NCBI GenBank assembly: GCA_000934665.2
Contig: KZ538252.1
Location: 1-64,000 of the forward strand
DNA from: Catajapyx aquilonaris
Taxonomy: Eukaryota
Direction of reading: 5' to 3'
DNA: 64,000 bases
The position numbers and the translations under genes were made by a program. The notes below the pieces were generated by a model that did no database searches, was not told the origin of the DNA, and saw nothing but the letters and a program-made list of their open reading frames with translations. This document shows positions 27,701 to 40,399 of the stretch, piece after piece. The number at the start of each line of letters is the position of its first letter. Position 1 is the first letter of the stretch.

Positions 27701-30700
27701 CATATACATCCGACCTCTCGGGAAATGCAATATCGAACATCGGATTACAGATCCAAAATAAATATGTAGATGTCGCTCCGTAATGTAAGCCCGATCGCAT
27801 TACCTGGGCACCAAAAATAAATATGTAGATGCCCTCCCCCCACTGGTTTCATCTGCATATCCATGAACTACAAAAAACCAGATTTATTTGGTACGTTCTC
27901 TTTACAACGCAGTTAAATCCGCCACACCTAGGAGCCAATTACGAGGTCTTCTTTGTGGTTCTCTTCAAACCAACACAAGTGGCTTGTTATCATCACTTCC
28001 CATTCCCTGCAGGCACATTGGCACCAAGCCACCTTGTTTCCACGAAAACCTTTTTTTTCTCTCTCTCTTCTTCCATGGCTTTTGTCAGGATCATTTAGCT
28101 TTAGTTGCTTCTATACAATCCCAGCAGAGTCTGAATACACACACACACAGTCTCTAGTTTAATTCAGTTGTCTCAGCCGTTTCATTGGGAATAACTCCAA
28201 GGACCGGCTCTGAATGGGAACGCTTCTTGCCGTTTGTCCCCAGCAAGATGAATGGGGGAAAGGAATGTACTGTGGGGTTGGATCCAAAATGGTGTAATTA
28301 TCCAGCCCCCCCTGTTCAAGCTCGAGGCATTATAATTGCATTAATATTCAAGGCCGGCTGTGAAAACGTTAATCCTGCAATGAAGCAGCCAATATGACTC
28401 CTTGTATATTACACTTCATGCTCTCAATAGTAATAAGAATAAATTTTATTCTGATTACTATTGAGAAAGTGAAGTATAATTTTATATACGTTTTCTTACT
28501 AGAAACCTTACAAGTACATCCATTACAAAACAGCGCTATATATAAACCATTTTTCCTTTATAGGTAATTTAGAGGTAAAACTTGCCACCTATTATGTAGC
28601 ATAACTCCGGCTTCAGTTCTGCAAACAATCATTAATTACATTAGAGATTAGACCAATCACATTACTTTCTGGACCTGGGGCTATAAATCCCTCTGTGGTG
28701 GGAAAGAAACCCTTGGAAGTAAAAGCGGTGGCAATTAGGGTGAACTGAGGAAATTATCTTGCAGTAAATGAAACCTCAGAAAGTAGTTTCTATAACTTCC
28801 AAACTTTCAAATCAACACAATATCAACCTTTAAAGATCATCATTTCTGCAGCCCATTTATGAAATTGCAGCCAACCTTCATAGGGTTAAGAAAACTTTTT
28901 TCTCCGGCAAAAACGACGTCATCCGAGTGGACATTGCCGACCATTGAATTATCCGGAAATGGAGGGTTCCGCCCATTTGAACCAAAGTTTCCAATGGCCT
29001 TCCTTCCAGCCCTTCTTACAAGACCGTTGAGCTGACATGGTGGAAAATAAAAATGCTTCAAGAAAAACTTCTTACTATATTCCTCCTTCGTCCCCAGAAA
29101 TTGATCCACTGGAAGAACCGCAATCCCCGCCCCCCCTCCCCCCATCTTGACAGTAATCAAATCAGATTGGCCTAATATGAGGTTCTAAGTTCATTCCCTA
29201 GAAATAACATGCACATATCTAGGATTTCTCCAGGCCTCAGCTTCTTTCCAGGAATAATTTGATTTCCCCAGCACAGAAGAGAAGCCATGCTAACGGTTAG
29301 CCATACATGTAACTGCGTAGTTCCCTCTAGTGCATACACTGGGCTCTCATGCAATTTTAATAAATTTGAACGCCGGGTGAAAACGGTGCTCCCGGTAGAA
29401 AATGAATAGAGTGCTCATTACTGGTCCCTTTGATAGCAAAATGCCATACCTAACAAGATGACGTATGAAAAAAAAGGTGTTGACCAGACTGGCTATGACC
29501 TCCCAAAATAGTCCTGTTATTATTAAGATATGCGTGAATTCACTGTTTAATTTTGTAAATATTTTTATGAACAAATCACAAATGAACAACATTACTAAAT
29601 ATTTATACAGGTATTCTCTACACTGTAAACCGCAAAGCACCAAAAGAGCATCACCCATGATGCAGAAACACTTGTTCAATGCTCTTGTGATGCTCTTTTA
29701 ATGTTTTTGTTGCTAAAAAGCATCAAAAAAATTCCAAGTACATTACAAGAGCATTAACAATCGATGTTCATAAGTAGTGATGCTTTTTAAATGCTTTGAT
29801 GATGCTCTTGTCATGCTCTTTTTTGCTAAAAGAAAATCATTAAATGAGCATTACAAGAGCAGTAACAATTGGCACTTCATGGGAGACTCAGTAGTAATGC
29901 TCTTATAATGTTTTGCGGTTTACAGTGATAGGCATTTATATGGTTTAAAGCAGATATCCAATATGGATTATGAGGTGCCACTCATGGTTTCATCTCAGGA
30001 TCCGTATCGGTCCAATATTGGGAGTCAATATTTGGCTCCATCTGGTGATAAACACTCTCTGCAGTGCTGCCACCTGCCGTATTTCCACTTATCTCACATG
30101 TTCATGCATAGCTAACTTTCCTCCCTCGTTTTCATTATCGTCCCTCACCACTTTAGCTTTTCCTTAATCCTCCTTCCAGCCCAATTTTGGCTGTAATCTT
30201 AGGCACGCAGCGTGAAAGCCCTTGGCAGGCCATATTGCAAGGAAAAGCCCATGTATGCTATGTAATCTTTCTCCCAAAAAATTCCTGAAACAAAAAATTG
30301 GACGTGCAGCTTCATAAACATTTTTTTGAAAGTGAAAAATGGCCTTGTCTTAAACTCCCTTATTTCTCCAACCCCAGAACAGTAAGGTGCTGGATCGATC
30401 CTTCCACCATCTTTTCCTGCATTTTCAAGTGGGCCTTATTGAAACTGCAGACTCTAGAAAGAATAAGAAAAGGAAATTCCCCACTTTTACTTTCATTTCC
30501 ACATTTCCGGTTCGATTTCCTGTTATTACATGTGGAAACCGGGACATATTGTCTTCATTACACCAGCCCACACTTTCGCTTCACAGAATCTGCTGAACGT
30601 CTCAGGTCAGCACATTTCAAAAACTTCCAATCTTGCGTCTCACACACGTACGACGTACGTGAAATAAATTCCTTCTCACGCGGTTCGTTTTTCAACCGCA

Positions 30701-33700
30701 AAATTCGACGCCTATACATACCCCTAGGTGGAATGTCGAAAAAATTTCCCGGCCGAATTGAATACAACAGGCACGGGTAGGTTCCAAGTTTAGAACCTGG
30801 AGTGGTGGTATATGAACGTGGAGAGTGGAAATCCGGTATTTTCAATTACTCTCTGTACGCATCAACGCATGGATAACACCACCTTTTATTCCCTGCAGAT
30901 ATTACGTTTTCCAGGAAATGATGCGTTGTAGGACTGACGAAAGGGCAGACCTTCAAACGACCCTTTCGATTTTTCCAGGTTTTTCAAAGTCAGAATATAT
31001 TCTCTCTGTCTCTACACCTTAGACAGAGTCTGAATAGCATTGGCTTCTTATTCAATCAATCAGATGAGGCATGTACGCTACATGAAGGGTTGTACACTTG
31101 TTTAGAAGGTGAAGTTCCCATGTACCCATAGGGACTCTTGGGTGTAAATGTGTAGTAATGTCTTGTAGACATTATAGACTCTTTGTGTAATTTCGTGTAG
31201 ACATTAGGGACTCTTGGGTGTAATGTCTTCACATTACACCCAAGAATCCCTATGGGTGCATGGGAACTTCATCTTCTAAACAAGTGTAACCCTTTCATGT
31301 GGCGTATACGCCATCTCTCATCTGACTTCTGTTGTCCACTGCACCTATGACGTCAAAAACAAGTCAAAATTCAATATTGCTAAAATGCTCCAAAATCGGA
31401 CGATTCCTCTAATCCCACCCATTACCTCAATGGCTCGTTGTCAGAGACGTCTCCTGGAAATAAACCCTGGCAATTTCCCGCCCCGATGGCGTTCTCTTCC
31501 TACTTTTACTCCTGCCACTGCTCCTTAAAAAAGTCTCATTTCGTCCCTCCAAGCTTCCATCGGAATGATTGAATCACAGAGGACGTCCGCCAGAAACCAT
31601 CTCTTCCGCCATGTCGCCATTCCCAGAGAGAAATATAAAATGGAAAAGACGACGATACCGACCAAGGACCTGACGCTATTAAAGAAAAGCTTCTATAGCT
31701 ATACTTGGGATGTAATTTCAATAATGGCCTCCACCTGTAGGTTACATATAGCAACAAAACCCAATTATTTTACCTGGCGCGTTATGCCATAATGTCCCCC
31801 TACAGACATACAGATCAGCCAAGTATCGCGCGTATCAAACCGCCTTCGGGTATTGCATTAATTGGCTAACCACGGTTCAAATAGACCTTCGCACTGATGG
31901 CACATCGATTTTAAAAACGAGGTTAACCCAACTTGCTCGCATAAATCGACTCCCGAAGGTGTACAAGGCCAGCCACACACGCACTATGCAATTTCATTGT
32001 CTATTTGAGCGCGACTAATAACGATTAGCCCCTAGTTGGAAACAATGCTAATATTACACCCCGTTATGATTAAGTTATTGGAAACCGATTTGTTGTACAC
32101 TCCTGGAAGCAACTGTGGGCAACTACGTTAAAATGTAGGTGCCCACAGTCGCTTCCAGGACTTGTTCTGGTACCACTTGTGGTATCAGAACAATTGTGCC
32201 AATAAGGAAAGAAGTTCTATAGGCACCCTGCTACTTGGAGCAATCACTTGGTCCCATATACCCGCCAGCTATTCCCTCCCATAAACAATAGTTCAACCTG
32301 CTCTGGAGAGACCAATAGGATGGAAGGTAGGGAGGTGGTGGGTCATTAGCGATCTCTATACTGGCTGTTGGAAGTTAACGAGCAAAGTTCTTCCTTCGGT
32401 GGGCCTGTGAAATTCGGTGGGCCTGTGAAATTACTCCAGCCATTAAGGCCTGTAAGATGAGAGAAATTATCAAATGAACTATTGTTACTATAGGTTCCTG
32501 ACCAGCACAGGCTAACATTCGAGCCTCTGATTACAGTACTGTCCCTTAATAATAGATGTCCCCCAAAGCACGACACCCGGTAGCCAGGAGACTATCTGCA
32601 GCGTCTATAGGGACACCTTCCTCTGCCATCTGGCGAGTGCAGTTTCAATACCACCATCAAGCCGGTCGATTTTCGGCCAACGCCAGCCTCTCCAAGCGAT
32701 AGTCTCCTGCATTACTATCAAAAGGACCGATACGAACTGTGAGCATTACTTTGCATGGCAACCCCTCGTTGGTTTCCAAGGGCCCACCCCACCTCTTCGC
32801 AGCACGCACCGATGCGTTCTTCCTTTTTATTCCCTCTGGTGATAAAGTTATGCCTGTGTGAGCAGGAATGGGATGTATTTTTCTGGTATAAAATGCCTGC
32901 TTACATCACTCGCCGTTCGCATTGTTATTTCTGGGTTAGTCTTTGCTCAGTGGAAGCCACGTGGGAACGGTCTGTTGCCGCATGACTTGTCCGGCCGTAC
33001 AATGAATGTAATTTGGCCGCGGCATCTGATCTGCTGAATTGCTCAAGGCTGCGGTTTCCTAGAAACTGAGAAAATTGCTTTGCAGGGAAAGTCACTAGAT
33101 AGGCGACGTCTATGGTGAATCAGGAAACTCCTGTGGTAGTCAGGTGACTTCCATGGAGAGTCAAAGGCCCCATATGTCATAATGGAGGTAGCCATGAGAC
33201 TTCCATGGAGAGTCAAAGGCCCCATATGTCATAATGGAGGTAGCCATGAGACTTCCATGGAGAGTCAGAGACTCCTACGGTAGTCATAAGACTTCCATGA
33301 TAGCCAGGAGACTTCCATAAGGCCTCTATGGAGAGTCATATACGGCCCCGCAGAGTCATGAAACTCCTACGTAGAGTCATAAGACTTCCACGGCAGCCAA
33401 GAGACTTCCATTGAGTCATAAGGCCCCTAATGGAGGAGTCATAAGGCCCCCATAGAGAGTCATGAGACTCCTATGCAGAGTCATAAGACTTCCACGGTAG
33501 CCATGAGACTTCCATAGAGAGTCATAAGGTCCCCATAGAGTCAGGAGACTTCTATGGATGGTCAGGACACCCATGACCGGCCTTAGGAGACTCCAAGGTC
33601 CTGTTGTATCAACACAGATCTTACCATCAAATTAAGCCCCCCATGGTGATGACATCGCCCGGAAATGTCACACCATTGATGCTGACCCGTTTCCTAGGAA

Positions 33701-36700
33701 GCATCCCTCTCACCTGACATGGTGGGGTGATGTCCATCAATTCCAGCTCATGAAACGTCAACGCGATTTCTAGGAAGCGCCTTGGCAACCCATCCGGCGT
33801 CCTCCATTTTTAGCCACGATCGTGAAAAACATGAATTACTAATATATTCCTGGCTCCAATCTCATCATCAAGCAACAGCTGTCGGCAGCACTATTCATAG
33901 ACCATGCGGCAGATGGAAATCGATACGTCGCCGGGCGGGTCAGAGTTGAGGTCGGGTCAAGTGCATCGGTCTTGCACATAACCGGGGTCCTTCCCAGATG
34001 TGGGTCAGTCTTATTTCCAGCATGTGCCCATTAACCCGATTATCCTCCGTGCCGGGGTCACACCGAGTTAATATTTCAGACGTAGGTACCCGGTATATGA
34101 AGAATGCAGGGTATGCTAATGAAGGCCGGTATCGATTGCGAAATAAGCCAGAAATACTCTCTAGAAAGGGGTTATCGTCTGGCCTTACACAGTTCTATTG
34201 CAGAGCCAGGTTGATTTACCCGCCAATTTGATCTATTGGTCACTCCCAGTCGGTGCACCTCACCTGGTCACTCCACGACGATTGGCTAGCCAGGCTCCAG
34301 TCTCCTTAAAAACCATGACCGAATAACGCACCCATTTCCGGTCTGATTAACTTTGTCTTTCCCACCCGCATAACAGTTCATCATGAGAATATGGCACATG
34401 CCTTCCGGGGGCCCAAAGTTGACTTTATGCGTGTCCTCAAACGATCTAGGAGTGACAGGTTGTGATTACTCGTAGGGGTGTGGCGAATGAATTGGATAAA
34501 CACGCAGGGGGTGAATCACACGTTACATAATACTGCGTGAAAGCCTAAACATAATACCATGCTGGACATTGGTGTCGTATTTGTGGCGCGCCACGAGCAA
34601 AAAGAACGAATCGAAATTTGCCCTCATCCGGGTGACCACCACTTGATTCAAGTGAAGATGGTCATGCGGAGGACAAAGTACGACAAAGTATCGAAATTTG
34701 CCCTCCGTATGACCACCATCATCCGGATGACCACCTTCACTTGATTCAAGTGAGGGCGGTCATCCGGAGGGTAAGATTCGATGAAGGTGGTCATACGGAG
34801 GGCAAATTTCGATTCTTTTGCTGCCATCGACTCGTGTCGACGCAAGTACGACACCATCAATGACCAGCATTGTATAATGTCACTCGGTATGTATACTGCA
34901 ACAAAAATATTGAGATCTTCGGTCCAAATGGAATATCAACCAATGTTGTCTTGTGCACGCCTTCACAAGACATCTACCGAAGTATCGTCCCAATCTTTTT
35001 GTTCGTTACAGCACCACCATTGGAGCTACCCAACCCCGGAAACTCCTTCCCCTCGTCCTTGACCATGACCCTTTCCCATCCACAAGTGTCAGCCCAGAAC
35101 AACAAAAAAAAAGCGATGCAATGCCCCTCTAGAGTCACTGACCCTCTTGTGTCCTCCGGTGCTCCACCTGCTGGCACCCGGATCCTCCGACATCCCAGGC
35201 ATGTGTCACCCTCCTCAAGTGTTGTCACACAGCACCAACTAATATATCCTTCCAAAACAGCCAGCAGCACAAGAGTCAATAAGTGTGAGAGGAGCCCCCC
35301 AGTCTCTCTCTCTCTCTCCTCCTCCTCCTCCTCTTTGGTCTGGCCTCTGCGCATGCACCATGCACTCACATGTGTGTGCGAGGGTCCTCCCAAGGCCATC
35401 TCTCGGAGAGGGCCCGTAGTTCGCGTGAAAAGTTCGTTCGCCCTCTCACATTGTTAAAGGATTAATTGGGTGAACCTGCATGTTGCGAAATGTCTCTTCT
35501 GCACGGTATAGCGTTGCGTCAGCTTGGAGGGTGGGCCTAACTCAATTTCGACAGGGGAAATGCTGGGGACATTGGGGCACAATATTAATGATATTGTGCC
35601 TTGACAAAGTTGCCCAATTTTCAGTGGAGCAAAGTTGATTATAGGAGTGGGAGAGTCCGATATCCCTTTCTTGGAGGCTAATTTGAGCTAGTCAGGTCTG
35701 CTACCTTTCCGTTCACCTCGTTTAGTAAGTCCCGAATATTTTTCGTTGGCGACCTCAGATATAATCGTCTCATAAAATTCCCATGCAACCCATCAGTGGT
35801 ATACACTGTAAACCGCAAAGTTCCACAAAGCATCGAAAGAGCACCATCCATAGAAAAACAAATTTTAATGCTCTTGTGACGCTCTTTTAATGCATTTAGT
35901 TGCTTACAAGCATCAAAAAGCAGTACAAGGGCATTAACAATTGATGTTCAATGAGACATTTAGTAGTGATGCTCTTTTAATGCTTCGGTGATGCTCTTTT
36001 AATGCTTTTAGTTGCTAAAAAGCAACCAAATCATTAAAAGAGCATTACAGAAGCATCACCAGAGCATTAGAATAGCATTAAAAGTTGATGTTCCATGAGA
36101 GACTCACTAGTGATGCTCCTGTAATGTTTTGAGGTTTATAGTGTAGTCAATGACAATAATCGATAAATTAACACATCTCGTTTACGGGCATATTTTTCCA
36201 GAGAAATACAGTTGACTCCGGATATAACAGACTTCACGGGACCACGGAACGAAGTATGTTATAACCAAACCGCCACTTTTGCAACGAATACGCAAGTTTT
36301 CTGATTTCCATACGCTTACAATGCACACTATTGCATTTTATTAATTATGAAACTATTCACAACAATGCAAAATTAGTTCGCCCGTAAATTAGGCAGGGCC
36401 AGAAAATATTCTGCCGTCTCCTTGCCAAATATACCAGAAATGGTATGATTGTGAGTAACTTAGATCAGTGACAGATGCGAAATCCCCCCGCCAGTATTAT
36501 CTGCCTTTTTGCGCGTGGGAAATGAATTTGAATAATAAAAAACAGCATATTTTCCCGTCGAGAGGCCAAAATATGGATTGTTATAGTAAATGTAAATGAG
36601 TCTGTTATATCAAGAGTAAAAATACACAGGGTATTATGTATGGCGGGACCGGCCTTTCCAGCCTGTTATAACCGAGACTGCTATATCCGGAGTCAACTGT

Positions 36701-39128
36701 ATAATCATTTTGTAAAAATAATTTGTCATCCTTCTTCACGACCCCACAGGTTTGTTCGCGACCCCATTTGGGGTTCTTCACAACCCCAATGGGGTCGCGA
36801 CCCACAGTTTGGGAAGCACTGCCATAGGTGATCGAACTCATCACAGTACTGTACATCCAAAAATCCCTCAGCCGCATTCTGATGTCACATGTCCGGAACT
36901 CTGGCTTCAGTAGGCGAGGGAGGGTTTGACAAAAACCAATGCAGGAAAATCCCATTGACGCCCCCTTCTGTACGCTTTTGGGATTTGGCTTGATGCCAAA
37001 AACTAGCGAGATACACCATGTTTCCCCCTTTGTATCAGTCAGGGTTGGAAGCGGATACAAGCAGGCCGCACTCGCTTGACACCAATTGATTATTGGTTTT
37101 CACGTCCTGCCAATGCTGCTTTTTCCTGCCACCTCTTTTTTGTCACATTGTTATAGAGAACTCCGAAAGCCACTTTTTGGCTTATTGTTGGTAGTGTCGC
37201 AAGGCAACAGTGTCCACTGGCTGGGGTTGTTGGAACCTAAAGGGCCTTATGTGGCTCTTACAAAGGATCCCTTCCAAGATTAGTTCTGCAGTGATCCACA
37301 ACTTTAGTTTAGTTAGTGTGGGTCACTACAATATCAATCCTTGTTCCTCATGGATATTGTAATGTCTGGTTCCTCTTGGGCATTATATCTTGTTCCTCAT
37401 GGTTCCATGTCCAAGAGGATAAGCTACATTAATAATGCCCCTACAGACATTATTCATGTAGCTTGTTCTTCATGGACATTATTTTTTCATACGTCTTGTT
37501 CCTCTTAGACATTGTTCATGTATTGTTCTTCATGTTTCCATGTCCATGAGGAATAAGTTACGTAAATAATGCAATCATGGACATTATTCATGTAGCTTGT
37601 TCTTCATGGACATAATTCATGTCTCGTTCCTCTTGGGCATTGTTCAAGTATAGCTGCTGGTTTCTCATGGACATTAGCCTTGCTCCTCTAGTCCTCAGTT
37701 ATTCCAGCTTGGTGACAGGACACTATATGCACTGTCTAGTTTTGATCAGCCAGTACAGTGGGGTTCAAACCCTCCAGCGTGCATAGTACATTTCCCGGTG
37801 GAGTAAACTGTACAAACACAGACTTTGCAACCCTCTGGGTACGAATCGATAGTGGCGCGGCAGGCTCTTGATCCTTCCATTATTATCGAATCCATAATTA
37901 CAGCTTGGGTCTGCCACCAGCTCCGCATCTCCCCCCTCCCAAAAAGTCGTTGGCCCAAAAATATGCCCTGGGGAGGTCCCCCGCTCCCTCCTCCTCCTCC
38001 TCAACCCCTCATCACAGCAGCCAGGAAGCTTGTCGAGAAGGAAATGGCCTTGCTCCAGTTCCCTTTCCCCCAATTCTGTCGGGTCCATTCATGACCACTT
38101 GTCCAAAGGGGACCCAAAAACTGCATCCAGTCCATCCGGGCGGGGGTTGTACCGGCCTGATGGTATCTCTCACATGTTGCATCAAGGACGCCGAAACCCT
38201 CCCAGCATGACGCTTCCGGCCGTATTTTTTTACGCCATGTGTGAGGTTGGGTTGCCATGCTTGGCAGGGGGACCGTCCTCAATTGTTAGATGTCAGATTG
38301 TTGGTATCGGATGGTGTACTTTTGCACTCAGTTCCTTGTAGCTCCACACTATGTTGCCTTGAACAATAAATTGTCGCGAAACCTGTTTCCACAATGTGGA
38401 AAGCCCTTCAATGAAACACAGCGAAATGTGAGGTTCAAGGCCAGTTGCTTGAAAAACAATGTCAGATTATAATAATGATAATAAATTTGCAAATTGATAT
38501 GCCCTCCACATGCGATCATTTAAATTTTTAGAGCAATATCAGGTCCAATAATTTTTATGGAAGCAAGTGGCTCTGAAAATAATTTTCAGGGCCACCAAGG
38601 GCCTCTTGCTTCCATAAAAATTAAGAAGAAAAGCTACGCATTCCTAATACATATTCAGAGAATTTCCTTAATTTTCACGTTGTTCTGTACATATTTAAAT
38701 ATTCATCTGTCGAGGCCATATTATGAAGCTGAACATTGCAAATTCATTATATTCATTACAGTATATTAATGGACGTAATGAGACACTGTAATAATAATAA
38801 CAATAACAACAACATTATTATTCTTGTTGTTGTTGTTGTTCATCAGATTTATTAATACAGTTGAATCCAGATATAATAGCCTCGGCTATAACAGACTTTC
38901 AGTTATAACACTTTTTTCTGCGGTCCCTTGAAGTATGTGATTCAACTGTATCATCATCATCATCATCATTATTAGGTCACCTTAGGTTTGTCATATTCGG
39001 TCAAACGAGATGGCACGGTGTTGTACACCATGTCATCGCTGGCTACCCCATCTTTGGAACAATGCCATGAAGATATGTATGTATGTATGTATGTGTGTAT
39101 GTACGTATGTACGTATGTATGTATGTAT

Positions 39129-39173
<45 letters not shown>

Positions 39174-39754
39174 GCTGACTACGTCCACCATCTCTAAGGG
39201 TGTGAACTAACTACTACAAAGACCTGCACTGTAATCGTAATCAGGCCCCAAAAACACTTCCAAAGCACCCCCCATTGTTCTATATATTTTTCCCCTCATG
39301 CAGATTCTGGCACCGTTACCCGTGCACCTGTGTCCTTCTGCCAGATGCTGCCTCATCCGTCACTTACATTAGATAACAAAACCATCGATCTGATGACATC
39401 ACAACCTGTTGCCATCGCATGACACACCCGCCAAAATGTACACTTACCATACGATGCCATACCATCGAAGCACTTTTTGAAGAAAAAAAAAGCCCGGTTC
39501 CAAACCAAGGGGTCACACAACCCGCACTTCTTCACACGCACACACATTTAAAAAAAACGCACTGAAAAAACTGCGTTGTGAAACATGTGGACTCCACAAC
39601 CCTCAGAGGGTGTGACTGGATCTGACCTGCTGGCACCGTAGTGCCAGGTCGGTTCTAGACCGGGTCCAGGTCACAACCAGGGTGGAACAAGGGGTCAAAA
39701 AGGAGGTCAAAAGTGCCCTACCTCTTCCTCCTCCGCCGTCAAGATCGGCGCCAT
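9721..39754 (-). CDS. PTPN9: Tyrosine-protein phosphatase non-receptor type 9 (Sec14/CRAL-TRIO plus PTP). Exons: 39754-39722, 27522-27289, 23623-23534, 21352-21212, 12371-12237, 11862-11590, 11069-10642, 10583-10009, 9953-9721
   Basis: Joined protein reads MAPILTAEEEE|ATQEFIE..AVKFLMARKFDV..GKFTIL|PTRDATGAAVAVFTAR..TTLQ|GVVYQLD..GLVFIYDM|GGYPARLKKVLIVTAP..KNRYTDV..DYINAN..WPDYGVP..VHCSAGIGRTG..QMPDQY. All junctions are GT-AG and phase-compatible. Confidence 0.95.
12720..12992 (-). mobile_element. Complete non-autonomous Helitron (273 bp)
   Basis: The minus strand begins A|TC and ends with hairpin CCGTGCGAAGAACGGG followed by CTAG|T. It is inserted in an AT dinucleotide with no TSD. Confidence 0.8.
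13020..13320. repeat. AT-rich ~30-bp minisatellite (AAAATTAAATAATTACATTTGGAATATTTT)n
   Basis: About 9 degenerate tandem units are visible. Confidence 0.85.
13310..13540 (-). mobile_element. tRNA-derived SINE, same family as 57261-57530
   Basis: B box GGTTCGAGTCCC, shared body (ACCCTGACC.TGGTTTTCTGTGGTTTTCCA..GGACAATTCCGGG..ATAGGCCACAGCCGCTTCC) and A-rich tail. Confidence 0.85.
15349..15558. mobile_element. hAT-like MITE with 8-bp TSD
   Basis: TIRs CAGAGGTTCCCAAACT / AGTTTGGGAACCTCTG. TSD CTCCAGCC at 15341-15348 and 15559-15566. Confidence 0.92.
15743..15897. mobile_element. MITE with CAAGG..CCTTG ends and 8-bp TSD (P/hAT-like)
   Basis: TIRs CAAGGGGTTATTCACT / AGTGAATAATTCCTTG. TSD CCTACTGC on both sides. 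Internal (GTAGTCC) repeats. Confidence 0.88.
16850..17230. repeat. Degenerate ~10-bp tandem repeat (TAAGGTCCCT)n
   Basis: Directly visible low-complexity array. Confidence 0.8.
18360..18960. repeat. Three copies of a ~90-120 bp unit (CTGAATCCGAATCCGAAAAC..CGGTTTAGGCCCTGA..ACGGACAGACAG), possibly Helentron/DINE-like
   Basis: Units start at ~18390, ~18573 and ~18871, with a GACA/GACG microsatellite. The family assignment is inference. Confidence 0.6.
19714..19958. mobile_element. MITE (family shared with 58791-59057) nested inside an older repeat (shared with ~46265-46455)
   Basis: CAAGGGGGTCGTCACTCCTCAAAAAAGTGTACAC matches the reverse complement of the 59057 end. CCATGAAC flanks both sides. 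The right TIR is truncated. Confidence 0.75.
20840..21130. repeat. Minisatellite (GATGTCATGGAGTGTCTAC)n with inverted copies
   Basis: Directly visible. Confidence 0.85.
22375..23039. mobile_element. Foldback-like element with ~122-bp internal tandem repeats (x3)
   Basis: Units AGTGATC.AGTAATTTCCACTCAAAAAGAGTAGGAGTCAAATCAAGT at ~22650, ~22795 and ~22935. Degenerate termini (C)ACTCTAAAAAATT. Confidence 0.6.
24017..24328. repeat. Three ~95-bp units in forward-reverse-forward orientation
   Basis: GTTCTAGGAGGCAGTTACATAAGGAAAAG..GGTCAGGGCATGGGTC..ATTCCTTTAA at 24017, its reverse complement at ~24112-24203, and a forward copy at ~24232. Confidence 0.85.
29621..29927. mobile_element. MITE with CACTG ends (family shared with 35804-36143)
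   Basis: CACTGTAAACCGCAAA / TTTGCGGTTTACAGTG, with internal AGAGCAT repeats. Confidence 0.85.
31080..31300. mobile_element. Palindromic MITE
   Basis: ACATGAAGGGTTGTACACTTGTTTAGAAGGTGAAGTTCCCATG.. is mirrored by ..CATGGGAACTTCATCTTCTAAACAAGTGTAACCCTTTCATGT. Confidence 0.75.
33110..33600. repeat. Minisatellite (GAGACTTCCATGGAGAGTCA)n
   Basis: Directly visible, including an exact 52-bp duplication at ~33146-33266. Confidence 0.85.
34564..34863. mobile_element. Palindromic MITE-like element
   Basis: TGGTGTCGTATTTG..AATCGAAATTTGCCCTC is mirrored by GAGGGCAAATTTCGATT..CAAGTACGACACCA. Confidence 0.7.
35804..36143. mobile_element. MITE with CACTG ends and TA flanks (family of 29621-29927)
   Basis: TA|CACTGTAAACCGCAAAG ... 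GAGGTTTATAGTG|TA. Confidence 0.82.
36209..36699. mobile_element. Tc1/mariner-like MITE with TA TSD
   Basis: TA|CAGTTGACTCCGGATATAACAG ... CTGCTATATCCGGAGTCAACTG|TA. Confidence 0.9.
36730..36821 (-). mobile_element. hAT (Charlie-like) MITE end fragment
   Basis: The minus strand reads CAGTGCTTCCCAAACTGTGGGTCGCGACCCC, a typical hAT terminus and subterminal motif. Confidence 0.6.
37330..37700. repeat. Degenerate tandem repeat (CTTGTTCCTCATGGACATT..)n
   Basis: Directly visible. Confidence 0.7.
38858..38948. mobile_element. Short deletion derivative of the 36209-36699 Tc1/mariner-like MITE
   Basis: TA|CAGTTGAATCCAGATATAATAG ... ATTCAACTG|TA. Confidence 0.7.
39074..39173. repeat. Compound microsatellite (TATG)n(TAT)n
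   Basis: Directly visible. Confidence 0.95.
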
Positions 39755-40399
39755 CTTTAATTCCTATGCCACATTCAAGGTTGGAAATAACGGGGCAGGA
39801 AGAAGCGGGGTTATTTCCAAGAACTGATCAGATATGGCAAAAACACAAGTTCCCAGGAATTGCGCAGTTTTGATCAATCATTTTTTTAAATTTATTTAAA
39901 ATAAATAGGATATGCAGGGTTGGCACTATGGGCATTTCCACTAAAAATAAAATGACCTATGACACAAATAAACAGCAGGGCATATGTATTCAAATGTTTT
40001 CAAGATTCATTGTGAAAGATACACTGATATTGATATAAAATAATGCATTTAAAAAACAACTTAAAACATGACATTAATGATCCAGGTTTGCGGCTATAAA
40101 ATGATGATAAAACCTGATTGAGATCATGGTAGCATCTACCGACCCTTTTTTTATGTTACTTTTTTAAAAATGCAACGCCACAAGGCTTTGTCACATTGTA
40201 AACCATTTCAAACTCACATTAACTATAAATGGGTGCGGAGTGTCTTCAGGACATAAGGACTCTGCATTTTCAAAATAATTGTGGGCAAGGAAATTTCTTC
40301 CTCGAAACTAAAAAGCTAATCACAGTTTCTCCGGTGCGAGTAACCACGATGGGTGTGCTCCACCACTGACGTGGTAAACTCTGCTGATAATCCCGGCGT

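Noticed and set aside
34870..35457. 195-aa and 141-aa ORFs inside PTPN9 intron 1
   Set aside because: Low complexity with no recognisable domain. An alternative 5' exon cannot be excluded but is unsupported.
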